A stretch of 51,606 bases of DNA from Eubacteriales bacterium (GCA_045649265.1 JAZRPO010000065.1:1-51606), one strand, 5' to 3'; counted from the stretch's first letter, positions 37,660-47,237 are shown. Notes: generated from the sequence alone by a model not told the origin. A program made the numbers and translations.

Positions 37660-37896
37660 TCAGGAGCTTAAAACGGACAAAAGGCGGCTCGAGGCAAAAT
37701 CCGAGTTTTCCGAAACAAAAACAAGAAGCGAAATCCCGTTTGAGTAGGCGGTAATCTCCGCGTTTTCGGAAATCTCCACGCCCTGCTCCCGAAAAAGCTT
37801 TTCAGCAAGGGAGCGAAGCTCCCTCTTGCTTTCGGGGCGCTTGTCGGTGCATAGCTTTGCACAAAAAGAATGGCGTCCGATCTCAATAATTTCCAT
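37660..37896 (-). CDS. hypothetical 78-aa protein
   Basis: Strong RBS (GGAGG, 8 nt, ATG) and plausible composition. No family recognised. Upstream of the MinD-like gene on the same strand. Confidence 0.5.
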   Translation of the reverse strand: MEIIEIGRHSFCAKLCTDKRPESKRELRSLAEKLFREQGVEISENAEITAYSNGISLLVFVSENSDFASSRLLSVLSS

Positions 37897-37998
37897 ATGT
37901 ATTTCCTCCGTGTAACATTTCTAAAACAATTATATTACCAAGGCGCAAAAAATGAAATGCAAAAAATTTACCAGACCCCGCAAAAGAGGTCCAAACCC

Positions 37999-38027
37999 TT
38001 GACAATTAAGCGCAAATACGATAAAAT
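37999..38027 (+). promoter_or_regulatory. candidate hisS-aspS promoter
   Basis: TTGACA, 17 nt, TAAAAT, about 50 nt upstream of the hisS ATG. Confidence 0.45.
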
Positions 38028-38077
38028 TTTTTGATAAGAAACATTCGGCAGAATAAGGTAAAAAGGCAGTGAGATTT

Positions 38078-39343
38078 ATGGAAAAAATTACAGCTCCGCG
38101 CGGCACACGAGACGTTCTTCCCGACGAGGCGCGCGCTTGGCAAATACTTGAAGAAAAGCTTCGCAACCTCGCTCATCGCTTCGGGTTCAGGGAAATTCGC
38201 TTCCCCACCTTTGAAGAAGCTGCTCTCTTTGACCGTGGCGTTGGTGACACGACCGACGTTGTCCAGAAGGAGATGTACGACTTCTACGACAAGGGTGACC
38301 GCCATATGGCGCTTCGCCCCGAAGGCACTGCGAGCGTCGTCAGAAGCTTCATAGAGCACTCTCTCCATGCGGGAACGTTGCCTCTCAAGGTTTATTATAT
38401 TGCTCCGAACTTCCGCTACGAAAAGCCTCAGGCAGGGCGGCTTCGTGAGCATCATCAATTTGGAATCGAATGCTTTGGCGCAAGCGATGCAAGCGCAGAC
38501 GCCGAGGTTATTTCCCTTGCGGCAACGATGCTTTCAGAGCTCGGAATCACAGGCACAGAGCTTCACTTAAACTCCTGCGGCTGCCGCGAATGCAGAAAGG
38601 CATATCATGCCGAGCTGAAAGCGTACTTTGAAACTAAAAAGGGAGAGCTCTGCCAGACCTGCCTTGACCGTCTTGACAGAAACCCGATGAGAATTCTCGA
38701 CTGCAAAAGCGAAATCTGCAAAGCAATTTCAAAGGATGCCCCGAAAATCTCGGATTATCTCTGCGACTCGTGCCGCGAGCATTTCGAAAAGCTCAAAGCA
38801 TGCCTTCGCGAGACAGGAATTGATTTCACGCTTGACCCCATGCTTGTAAGAGGGCTTGACTATTACACAAACACAGTATTTGAATTTGTTTCTTCAAGCA
38901 TCGGTGCACAAGGGACCGTCTGCGGTGGCGGAAGATACAATGGTCTTGTTGAATCTCTCGGCGGCCCGTCTGTCCCGGGGCTAGGCTTTGGCTGCGGAAT
39001 AGAGCGCCTTATGCTTACGCTTGAAGCTGAGGGCAAGCTCGAGGCTGACCGCCTTGTTCCGCAGATTTTCATAGCTCATGCCGATTCTGATGCAGAAATG
39101 ATTTCCCACAGGCTGGTTTATGAGCTTCGGAGGCTCTCTGTCTGGGCAGAGCGCGATACTTCGGGCCGCTCGCTTAAAGCGCAGATGAAATTTGCCGGTA
39201 AGTGCGGAGCGAAGTTCTCGGCGGTTATCGGCGGCAGCGAAATCGAAAGCGGACGAGTAACCCTCAAAAACATGGAAAGCGGAGAAACCTCGGAATGTGA
39301 GCTTTCTGCTGCTGCAATTAAAAATTACATCGAAGGGGTTTAA
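38078..39343 (+). CDS. hisS: histidyl-tRNA synthetase
   Basis: MEKITAPRGTRD..., FRYEKPQAGRLREHHQFG (motif 2), GGGRYNGL (motif 3). ATG at 38078; the tracked GTG at 38069 is less likely. Confidence 0.95.
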   Translation: MEKITAPRGTRDVLPDEARAWQILEEKLRNLAHRFGFREIRFPTFEEAALFDRGVGDTTDVVQKEMYDFYDKGDRHMALRPEGTASVVRSFIEHSLHAGTLPLKVYYIAPNFRYEKPQAGRLREHHQFGIECFGASDASADAEVISLAATMLSELGITGTELHLNSCGCRECRKAYHAELKAYFETKKGELCQTCLDRLDRNPMRILDCKSEICKAISKDAPKISDYLCDSCREHFEKLKACLRETGIDFTLDPMLVRGLDYYTNTVFEFVSSSIGAQGTVCGGGRYNGLVESLGGPSVPGLGFGCGIERLMLTLEAEGKLEADRLVPQIFIAHADSDAEMISHRLVYELRRLSVWAERDTSGRSLKAQMKFAGKCGAKFSAVIGGSEIESGRVTLKNMESGETSECELSAAAIKNYIEGV

Positions 39344-39348
39344 ATATA

Positions 39349-41139
39349 ATGGAAAACATTACAGGCATGAAAAGAACTGATTATTGCGGAGTTTTCCGTG
39401 CAGAAAACATAGGCAGCCCTGCAACCGTCTGCGGCTGGGTTCAGCGCGTGAGAAACCTTGGCGGTCTTATCTTTATTGACCTTCGTGACCGCTCGGGCAT
39501 AATCCAGTGCACCTTTGACGAGGCTGAAAATGCCGAGCTCTTTAAAAAGGCATTCACGGTAAGAAGCGAGTATGTCCTCTCAATCAAAGGAATGGTCAGA
39601 AGTCGCGGCGAGGGCGCAATAACGGACAGAATCCCTACCGGCGCAGTAGAAATTCTTGCCGAAGATATGCGAATTCTCTCAAAAGCACAGACAACCCCGT
39701 TTGAAATTGTGGAGGACAGCGATGTCAACGATGTTCTTCGTCTTAAATACAGATATCTTGACCTGCGCCGTCCTGACATGCAGCGCTTTATTGCATTGCG
39801 TCACCGTATAACAAAGCTTGCGCGCGATTATTACGATGAAAACGGCTTCTTCGAGATAGAAACCCCGATTCTTACGAAATCCACGCCGGAGGGTGCGCGT
39901 GACTATCTTGTTCCGTCACGAGTACACCCGGGAAAGTTCTATGCGCTTCCCCAGTCCCCGCAGCAGTACAAGCAGCTTCTTATGCTTGCGGGCTTTGACA
40001 GATATATGCAGATTGCACGCTGCTTCCGCGATGAGGACCTCAGGGCAGACCGCCAGCCGGAGTTCACTCAGATTGACCTTGAAATGTCATTTGCGGATGT
40101 CGATGATGTAATTTCAGTTAACGAAGGCTTTGTTGCATACCTTTTTGAAAAGGTGCTCGGAAGAAAAATAGAGCTTCCGCTTCGCCGCATACCCTATCGC
40201 GAAGCTATGGAGCGCTTCGGTTCGGACAAGCCGGATACGCGCTTCGGATACGAGCTTTGTGACATTTCAGACATAGCCGGAGCGTGCGGATTCAAAGTTT
40301 TCTCAGGCGCAGTTGAAGCCGGCGGAAGTGTCCGTATGATCAAGGTCGACGGTGGCGCGAAGTTTGCGAGAAAAGAAATTGACGGCCTTGCCGAATGGAT
40401 AAAGACATATCGTGCAAAGGGCCTTGCATGGTATAAAATTGCAGAAGACGGAACCGTTTCATCAAGCTTTGCGAAATTCCTCACAGAGGATGAGGTCAAG
40501 GCGATAGTCGACCGGGCAGGCGCAAAGAACGGCGATGTCATCTTTGTTGTTGCAGACGGAAAAGACGATGTTGTTTTTGCATCGCTCGGTGCGCTTCGCT
40601 CGGAATGTGCAAAGCGCCTCGGCGCAATCGACCCCGACCGCTACGATATTTTCTGGGTTGTCGAGTTTCCGTTGTTTGAGTATTCCGAGGAAGAGGACCG
40701 CTACGTTGCAAAGCACCACCCGTTCACCGCTCCGATGGATGAGGATGTCGAAACCATGACGACAGATCCTGCAAATGCAAGGGCAAAGGCATATGACCTT
40801 GTTATAAACGGAAACGAAGCCGGTGGCGGCTCGATAAGGATTCACTCCTCTGACCTCCAGGAGAAGATGTTTCAGGCTCTTGGATTTACGAAAGAAGAAG
40901 CCAATGACCGCTTCGGTCATATGATAGAAGCATTTTCTTATGGCGCGCCTCCTCACGGCGGTCTTGCTTTCGGTCTTGACAGGCTTGTTATGCTTCTTGC
41001 GGGAACAGATAACATCCGCGATGTTATCGCCTTCCCCAAGGTTCAGAACGCATCGGAGATTATGATGGCATCGCCTGACTTTGTAGAGGATGTCCAGCTT
41101 TCCGATCTCCACATAGAAATTACCGACAAACCCGAATAA
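39349..41139 (+). CDS. aspS: aspartyl-tRNA synthetase (bacterial type, with GAD insertion)
   Basis: 596 aa: GWV.RVRNLGGLIFIDLRDRSG, FRDEDLRADRQPEFTQID, GGGSIRIH, HGGLAFGLDRL. Confidence 0.95.
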   Translation: MENITGMKRTDYCGVFRAENIGSPATVCGWVQRVRNLGGLIFIDLRDRSGIIQCTFDEAENAELFKKAFTVRSEYVLSIKGMVRSRGEGAITDRIPTGAVEILAEDMRILSKAQTTPFEIVEDSDVNDVLRLKYRYLDLRRPDMQRFIALRHRITKLARDYYDENGFFEIETPILTKSTPEGARDYLVPSRVHPGKFYALPQSPQQYKQLLMLAGFDRYMQIARCFRDEDLRADRQPEFTQIDLEMSFADVDDVISVNEGFVAYLFEKVLGRKIELPLRRIPYREAMERFGSDKPDTRFGYELCDISDIAGACGFKVFSGAVEAGGSVRMIKVDGGAKFARKEIDGLAEWIKTYRAKGLAWYKIAEDGTVSSSFAKFLTEDEVKAIVDRAGAKNGDVIFVVADGKDDVVFASLGALRSECAKRLGAIDPDRYDIFWVVEFPLFEYSEEEDRYVAKHHPFTAPMDEDVETMTTDPANARAKAYDLVINGNEAGGGSIRIHSSDLQEKMFQALGFTKEEANDRFGHMIEAFSYGAPPHGGLAFGLDRLVMLLAGTDNIRDVIAFPKVQNASEIMMASPDFVEDVQLSDLHIEITDKPE

Positions 41140-41222
41140 GTTCTCTTTTACACTTTATTAACAAACGTCTCTTAGTTTTGTGCTACAATAAATCACAAGA
41201 AACAAAAAGGAAGTTTGAGATA

Positions 41223-42143
41223 ATGATACGGATTGAAAACCTGTCAAAAAAATACGGTACAAAGGTCGCTGTCAAAGGAATTTCGTTTTCTATTGAGCGC
41301 GGCGAGGTTGTGGGATTTTTAGGCCCGAACGGTGCCGGAAAATCCACAACCATGAACGTTCTTACGGGATATCTCTCTGCAAGCGGCGGAAGCGCATCCA
41401 TTGCAGGGTTTGACGTGCTTGACGATGCTATTTCCGCGCGCAGGCACATAGGGTATCTGCCGGAGCAGCCCCCGCTCTACTTTGATATGACGGTTGACGA
41501 ATATCTCGAATTTGTATATGAGCTCAAAAAGGTTGATAAGCCAAGAAGCGAACATATAACAAGCATTTGCGAGCTTGTCGGGCTTTTGGATGTCCGCCGT
41601 CGTCTTATAAAGAATCTCTCAAAGGGATACAAGCAGCGTGTGGGAATTGCTCAGGCTCTTATCGGAGACCCCGAGGTGCTTATTCTTGACGAGCCGACTG
41701 TCGGGCTTGACCCAAACCAGATTATGGAAATCAGAAGCCTTATAAAAAACCTCGGAAAAGACAGGACGGTTATTCTATCGACTCATATAATCCCTGAGGT
41801 CATGGCTGTTTGCGAGAGAATTATAGTAATAAACGAGGGCGAAATTGTTGCAGATGATACGGTAAAAAACCTTATGCACGACCTCGGAGAGCAGAGCAAG
41901 TTTGAAGCTCAGATAGAGGGAGATGCCGGCGACATAATCGCAATTCTCGCACAAATCCCCGGTGTAACGGATGTTGTATGCGAAAGCGGAAAGTTCGTTA
42001 TAACTGCAGAGGACGGTGCTGACATAAGAAAGAACGTTTTCTATGCAGCTGCACAGAACGACCTTCCTCTTCTCTCCTTTGCGCAGATAGATGCGTCGCT
42101 TGAATCGGTATTTGCACGGCTGACGAAGAAGGAGGAGAAATAA
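41223..42143 (+). CDS. ABC transporter ATP-binding protein (ABC-2 / GldA-like)
   Basis: ATG at 41223. Walker A GPNGAGKST, LSKGYKQRVGIAQAL, LILDEPTVGLDP. Confidence 0.88.
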   Translation: MIRIENLSKKYGTKVAVKGISFSIERGEVVGFLGPNGAGKSTTMNVLTGYLSASGGSASIAGFDVLDDAISARRHIGYLPEQPPLYFDMTVDEYLEFVYELKKVDKPRSEHITSICELVGLLDVRRRLIKNLSKGYKQRVGIAQALIGDPEVLILDEPTVGLDPNQIMEIRSLIKNLGKDRTVILSTHIIPEVMAVCERIIVINEGEIVADDTVKNLMHDLGEQSKFEAQIEGDAGDIIAILAQIPGVTDVVCESGKFVITAEDGADIRKNVFYAAAQNDLPLLSFAQIDASLESVFARLTKKEEK

Positions 42144-42146
42144 GAA

Positions 42147-42851
42147 ATGAAAGCGATTTTTAAAAGAGAGCTCCGCTCATACTTTACCGGCGGAACGGGC
42201 TTTGTCTATTGCGCGGCATTTGCGCTCATTATGAACATCCTTTACAGCATAATGTGCATTTCCACCTATAAAAGCAACTTTATAGGGCTCTTTATGTATA
42301 TGTTAATTGCCATGATTTTTCTTATTCCCATTATGACAATGCGCATATGGAGCGAGGAGAAGAAGCAGAAGACAGACCAGCTCCTGCTTACTGCCCCCGT
42401 TACAACTGGAGAGATTGTTCTCGGCAAGTTTTTTGCAGCCTGCGTGGTTTTTCTTATCTCGCTTGCCCTGACACTCATCTACCCCGTTTTGTCCGCAAGC
42501 TACGGCAAGCTCTCTCTGGGAATAACAGTTGGAAACTATACCGCAATAATTCTCGCAGGAGCGGCGTATATTGCGATTTCACAGTTCATGTCATCGCTGA
42601 CGGAAAGCCAGATTATTTCTGCGGTTCTTTCAATGCTCACGCTTTCCCTTTTCTTTTTTCTAAACGTAGTTTTCACCGCTACAAACGTTGAGTTTATTTC
42701 AGCGATTGCCTCTTTCCTTTCTTTGATAACGAGGTTTGCAAACTTTACACAGGGAATCTTCTCCCTTTCGGATGTGGTTTATTTTATAAGCCTTTCGGTG
42801 CTGTTTTTGTTCTTCACCTCCCGAGTTATTGAAAAACGCCGTTGGAGCTGA
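42147..42851 (+). CDS. ABC-2 type permease (GldF-like)
   Basis: 234-aa 6-TM protein: IFKRELRSYFTGGTGFVY, WSEEKKQKTDQLLLTAPV. Confidence 0.8.
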   Translation: MKAIFKRELRSYFTGGTGFVYCAAFALIMNILYSIMCISTYKSNFIGLFMYMLIAMIFLIPIMTMRIWSEEKKQKTDQLLLTAPVTTGEIVLGKFFAACVVFLISLALTLIYPVLSASYGKLSLGITVGNYTAIILAGAAYIAISQFMSSLTESQIISAVLSMLTLSLFFFLNVVFTATNVEFISAIASFLSLITRFANFTQGIFSLSDVVYFISLSVLFLFFTSRVIEKRRWS

Positions 42852-42899
42852 GGTTGGCCCTTGAAAATCAAAGATGTTAAAAAAGAGGAGGAAACAAAA

Positions 42900-44333
42900 A
42901 TGAAATTTTCTTTTAATAAAAGAAAGCTGCAATACGGCTCGGCAAGCGTAATGCTGACGGTTTTGTTCGTTGCTGTGGTTGTGGTTTTGAATATTTTTGC
43001 GGAATTTCTGACAGACCGATTCTCTTTAAAGCTCGACATGACCGAATCCGGGCAATACAGCCTTTCGGATGAAACCCGTGATATGTTAAAAGAGCTTGAA
43101 ACCGATGTCGACATCTACATACTTTCTGCCCGGCCGGATATGGAAAAAGGCGAAATCTCAAAGCTTTGCCTTGAAACAATCCAGAGATACGCCACCGCCT
43201 CCGGCGGAAAGGTGGAGTATGAGTTTATAGATCCGGACAAAAACCCGCAGTTTTTCAGCAAATACCCCAAGGCAAAGGGAGCATCTCTCCGAGACATAGT
43301 AGTAGAAGGTCCGGAGCGGTATATCGTTGTAAGCAGTGCGGAGTTTGCATATCAAATCGGAAAGCAAAGCAAGGTATATTACCAGATTGAAGAAAAGCTT
43401 TCCGGCGCGATTTTATATACCTCCTCTGCTGAGGTCACATCTGCCGGTTTTGTTATGGGCCACGGTGAAACCAAGCCGGACGCGCTCGTTTCTCATTTTT
43501 CCGGCAACAACTTTGAAATATCAGATGTTGATTTGCTCTCCGGCATTCCGGAGGGAATAACAAACCTCGTAATCTCCGCTCCCGGAACAGACTTTACAGC
43601 AGAGGAAATTGAAACTCTCGAAAAATATCTCTCAACCGGCGGAAGAAACCTCTATGTCTTCTGGAGTATGGAGACTCCGAGCCTCCCTGTGCTTGAGAGA
43701 TACCTCTCAGAATGGGGAATTGCCTTCTCGCAGCAGGTAATCTGTGACGAGTCAAATGCATACATGTCTCCAGGAATAGTAATTTCTGATATTGCAGAAA
43801 ACGAGGCAATAAAAAAAGAGCTCCAGGGCCAGTCGTTCGTGCTCTCGCCTGAGGCACGGCCGATAGAGCTTCTGTGGTCTGAAAAAGAATATATGAGAAC
43901 TCTCCCGCTCGTCGTAACAAAGGACACATCCTATGCAAAGGAAATTTCTGCAGACAAGACGATAAAGGAATTTACGCGTGCAGCGGGCGATGCTTCCGGC
44001 CCGTTTGTAACAGCGGCGATTTCGGAAAAAGCGCTTGGAAGTGTAACCGATCAGAGCTATTCAAGGATTGCGGTTTTTGGTTCATATGCAATGGCGCTTG
44101 AAGAGATAACAGCAGTGCCCCGTGCATTTAACGGAACTCTGCTTGCTCGTCTTACAAGCTATTCCAACCCGAACACCAAGACAATGGAAATTGCACCAAC
44201 CGTTGTTTCGGATTATGACCTCAACATAACCGAAAACGAAGCAAAAGGGCTGCGACTGCTTCTTATAGCAGTAATCCCGGCTGCAATTATCCTTGCCGGA
44301 ATATTTGTGTTTTTAAAGAGGAAGAACAGATAA
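42900..44333 (+). CDS. GldG-like ABC-transporter auxiliary protein (N- and C-terminal TM anchors)
   Basis: ATG at 42900 after agaggagg. N-terminal TM, large extracytoplasmic region, C-terminal TM then KRKNR. This architecture is typical of the 'ABC-type uncharacterized transport system' GldG family. Confidence 0.7.
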   Translation: MKFSFNKRKLQYGSASVMLTVLFVAVVVVLNIFAEFLTDRFSLKLDMTESGQYSLSDETRDMLKELETDVDIYILSARPDMEKGEISKLCLETIQRYATASGGKVEYEFIDPDKNPQFFSKYPKAKGASLRDIVVEGPERYIVVSSAEFAYQIGKQSKVYYQIEEKLSGAILYTSSAEVTSAGFVMGHGETKPDALVSHFSGNNFEISDVDLLSGIPEGITNLVISAPGTDFTAEEIETLEKYLSTGGRNLYVFWSMETPSLPVLERYLSEWGIAFSQQVICDESNAYMSPGIVISDIAENEAIKKELQGQSFVLSPEARPIELLWSEKEYMRTLPLVVTKDTSYAKEISADKTIKEFTRAAGDASGPFVTAAISEKALGSVTDQSYSRIAVFGSYAMALEEITAVPRAFNGTLLARLTSYSNPNTKTMEIAPTVVSDYDLNITENEAKGLRLLLIAVIPAAIILAGIFVFLKRKNR

Positions 44334-45763
44334 TGAAACAGTTTAAATCCGTTATTATCTGCGCGGCAGCGCTTGTTGTGATTAGCCTTGCAGTGTTCGC
44401 AGCAATAAAACTTATTCCAAACAAAGCCTCGGAAGCACCCGGCGGCCCGAATGTTCCGGAGTCTTCCGAAAACATCTGCATCACCGAGTTTTTGCCGGAG
44501 GAAATTTCCTCCGTTGAAATAACTTCGGATTCGGGAGAGAGCTTTGAAATAGAATGGTTCGAAACGGAATTTGGAAGAGATGCCCGCATACGAGGAGAAA
44601 ACGGTCCCCTTGCCTATAACAGCAGAGAACTGTCAACTCTTGCCCACTACCTTGGTCCTCTGGTGGCTCTTGAAGAGCTTGAGGCAGGAGAGGATGAAGT
44701 GTTTGGCTTTGACTCTCCGCGCCGCACAGTAAAAATTTCGCTTAAAAACGGAGAACGAGTAACGCTTCTTTTGGGCGATTCGCTTGCCATAAATGACGGG
44801 GCATATCTTCGCCGTGCAGACAGCAGCAATGTTTATATAGTAGGAAAGACGATTGAGCATGCCTTCATGAAGACAAAGTCAGAATACCGCGAAATAGAGC
44901 TTTTTAAAACGTTTGAAGATACCGAGCTTATAACAATGGCGGAATACACACCACACGGCAAGGAGCCGATAAGGGTTGTCCGCAAAAGCGAAGAAGAGAT
45001 AGCGCTTGACGCTGAAAGAACGTTGCTTGATCTTCCCTATAAGCTGACATCACCGGTTTCAGCAAACGCAAATCCGGACACAATCAATGAGGCGTTTCTC
45101 AAAAAAATCGTTGGGATAGAAGCTGATCATGTGGTTGAGGATAACCCCAAGGATCTTTCAAAGTACGGGCTTGACAAGGCTGCAAAGCTTCGTTTTGAAA
45201 CCGCAAACGGAATCTCGGTTTCAATTCTCATAGGAGCAACTACAAAGAACGGAACAAGCTATATTATGGAGGAGGGTATTCCCTCCGTATTGGAAACCAA
45301 AGAAGCCATAGACCTTTCCACGCTTTCGCATACAGATATAACTATGAGGCTGATCTGGTTTTTCAATTCAAACGAAGTATCCTCGCTTCAATATAAGCTC
45401 GCAGACGGAAGAGCTGCAACCTTAAACCTATCGGTAACGGAAAACGAGGTAAAGGGCAGCTTTAACGGAAAAGAGCTTTCCGGCAGCAATGCACAAAACC
45501 TGTTTGTTAAATCGGTGCGTTTTTCTCTTGCCGGAGAATATTCAGGCTCAAACAACCTTACCGAAGCCGAAATAGCTATTACGGCACGGCTTAAAAACGG
45601 AAAAAGATCAACCCTTTCTTTGCACAGGTTAAACGAAAGGCAGTATGCCGCAAGAGTAGACGGCAAACCAGCAGAGTTCTACGTTGCAGTAGGAGAGGTA
45701 AAAGAGCTTGTTGATGCGATTGAGCTTGCTTTTTCGGGAAAAGACATTCCCTCTATGTTCTAA
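44333..45763 (+). CDS. DUF4340-like membrane-anchored protein
   Basis: 476 aa with a single N-terminal TM. ATGA overlap with the GldG-like gene. This family commonly follows GldG homologues; assignment is by recollection only. Confidence 0.6.
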   Translation: MKQFKSVIICAAALVVISLAVFAAIKLIPNKASEAPGGPNVPESSENICITEFLPEEISSVEITSDSGESFEIEWFETEFGRDARIRGENGPLAYNSRELSTLAHYLGPLVALEELEAGEDEVFGFDSPRRTVKISLKNGERVTLLLGDSLAINDGAYLRRADSSNVYIVGKTIEHAFMKTKSEYREIELFKTFEDTELITMAEYTPHGKEPIRVVRKSEEEIALDAERTLLDLPYKLTSPVSANANPDTINEAFLKKIVGIEADHVVEDNPKDLSKYGLDKAAKLRFETANGISVSILIGATTKNGTSYIMEEGIPSVLETKEAIDLSTLSHTDITMRLIWFFNSNEVSSLQYKLADGRAATLNLSVTENEVKGSFNGKELSGSNAQNLFVKSVRFSLAGEYSGSNNLTEAEIAITARLKNGKRSTLSLHRLNERQYAARVDGKPAEFYVAVGEVKELVDAIELAFSGKDIPSMF

Positions 45764-45769
45764 ATTCTT

Positions 45770-45797
45770 CGGCGGGGTTTTTCCCCGCCGGTTTTTT
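45770..45797 (+). terminator. intrinsic terminator of the ABC/GldG/DUF4340 operon
   Basis: cggcgggg-ttttt-ccccgccg followed by GTTTTTT. Confidence 0.7.
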
Positions 45798-45813
45798 AAA
45801 AGGAAGTGTAAAA

Positions 45814-47046
45814 ATGGTTCGGAAGTGTGGCCTTTTGGGCGAAACTTTGCGCCACAGCTTTTCAAAACAGATTCATGCGGTTTTTGCAGATTATGAATAC
45901 AGTTACCATGCAGTAGAAAAGAAAGAGTTTGAAAGGCTCTTAAAGAGCGGGGAGCTATCGGGAATGAATGTAACAATCCCGTATAAAGAGCTTGCCTTTT
46001 CGCTGTGTGATGAATGCTCCGAAACCGCCAAGGCGGCAGGCAGCGTAAATACGGTAGTCCACCGAAACGGCAAGATATACGGAGAAAACACCGACGTTTT
46101 CGGATTTATGTATATGCTTTCAAAAGCCAAAATTTCGCTTTCGGGGAAGAACGTCATAGTTCTCGGAAGCGGAGGAACCTCAAAAACAGCTTGCTTTGCG
46201 GCAAAAAAGCTTAATGCGGCGCGGATAACGGTGGTTTCGAGAAGCGGAGAGGTTAATTACGATAACGTTTATAATCTTGCTGATACACAAATTGTTATAA
46301 ACACCACCCCTGTCGGAATGTACCCCAAAAACGAGAGTGTCCCAATAGATTTGTCGCGATTTCCAAACTGCGAAGGTGTTGTTGATGTTGTATACAACCC
46401 ACTCAAGACGCGTCTGCTTCAAACTGCCGAAAGGCTTAAAATCCCCTGTGCCACCGGCCTTTATATGCTTGCGGCGCAAGCCTTTCGCTCGGCTGAGCTT
46501 TTTCTTGAAAAAAAGCTGCCCGAAACTCTTGTCGACAAAGCTGTCGCAACTGTTTGGAAGGAAATTGCCAACATTGTTCTTATAGGAATGCCCGGAAGCG
46601 GAAAGACTACGATTGCAACAAGCCTTGCTGAATTGACATCAAAAAAGCTTTGCGACACAGATGCGGAAATAGAAGCCCGCTTGGGAATGTCTCCGGCGGA
46701 GATTATCACAACCCGGGGTGAGGCAGAATTTCGTGAGATTGAAAAATCGGTAGTTGCAGAGATTTCAAAGGAGAGCGGGCTTGTAATTTCTACCGGTGGC
46801 GGTGTTGTGGAGAGAAGTGAGAACTTTGATTCTCTTTCCCAAAACGGCAGGATATATTTTATTGAGCGGGATTTGCAAAAGCTCGCAACAGATAACCGCC
46901 CTCTTTCAAAGAGTGTTGCCGCGCTATATGAAAGGCGAATTGGGAAATATTTGGAATTTTCAGATGCAAAAATCGACAACAATGGAAAAATTGAGAATTC
47001 AATTGACAAAATATTAAAAGATTTCTCAAAAAAAAAGCAGAATTAA
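45814..47046 (+). CDS. aroE/aroK: bifunctional shikimate dehydrogenase / shikimate kinase fusion
   Basis: N-terminal AroE (GLLGETLRHSFSKQIH, NVTIPYK, GENTDVFGF, VLGSGGTSK). C-terminal AroK (IVLIGMPGSGKTTIATSLA...DTDAEIE...GGGVVER). Confidence 0.85.
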   Translation: MVRKCGLLGETLRHSFSKQIHAVFADYEYSYHAVEKKEFERLLKSGELSGMNVTIPYKELAFSLCDECSETAKAAGSVNTVVHRNGKIYGENTDVFGFMYMLSKAKISLSGKNVIVLGSGGTSKTACFAAKKLNAARITVVSRSGEVNYDNVYNLADTQIVINTTPVGMYPKNESVPIDLSRFPNCEGVVDVVYNPLKTRLLQTAERLKIPCATGLYMLAAQAFRSAELFLEKKLPETLVDKAVATVWKEIANIVLIGMPGSGKTTIATSLAELTSKKLCDTDAEIEARLGMSPAEIITTRGEAEFREIEKSVVAEISKESGLVISTGGGVVERSENFDSLSQNGRIYFIERDLQKLATDNRPLSKSVAALYERRIGKYLEFSDAKIDNNGKIENSIDKILKDFSKKKQN

Positions 47047-47237
47047 AAATTTTTGCTTTACAAAAACAAATTATTATGATAGTATAAACATACTGGTATT
47101 ACTATGGGGTTTTTGCCCTGTTTTTTTACATATCGCTTTATTAAAGATGAAGTATTTTCAGTATATCATCGTATACCGTATTATAGAAGTATATAAAGAA
47201 AAAAGGCTTTTGCTGACTCATAAGGAGGATATATCTG

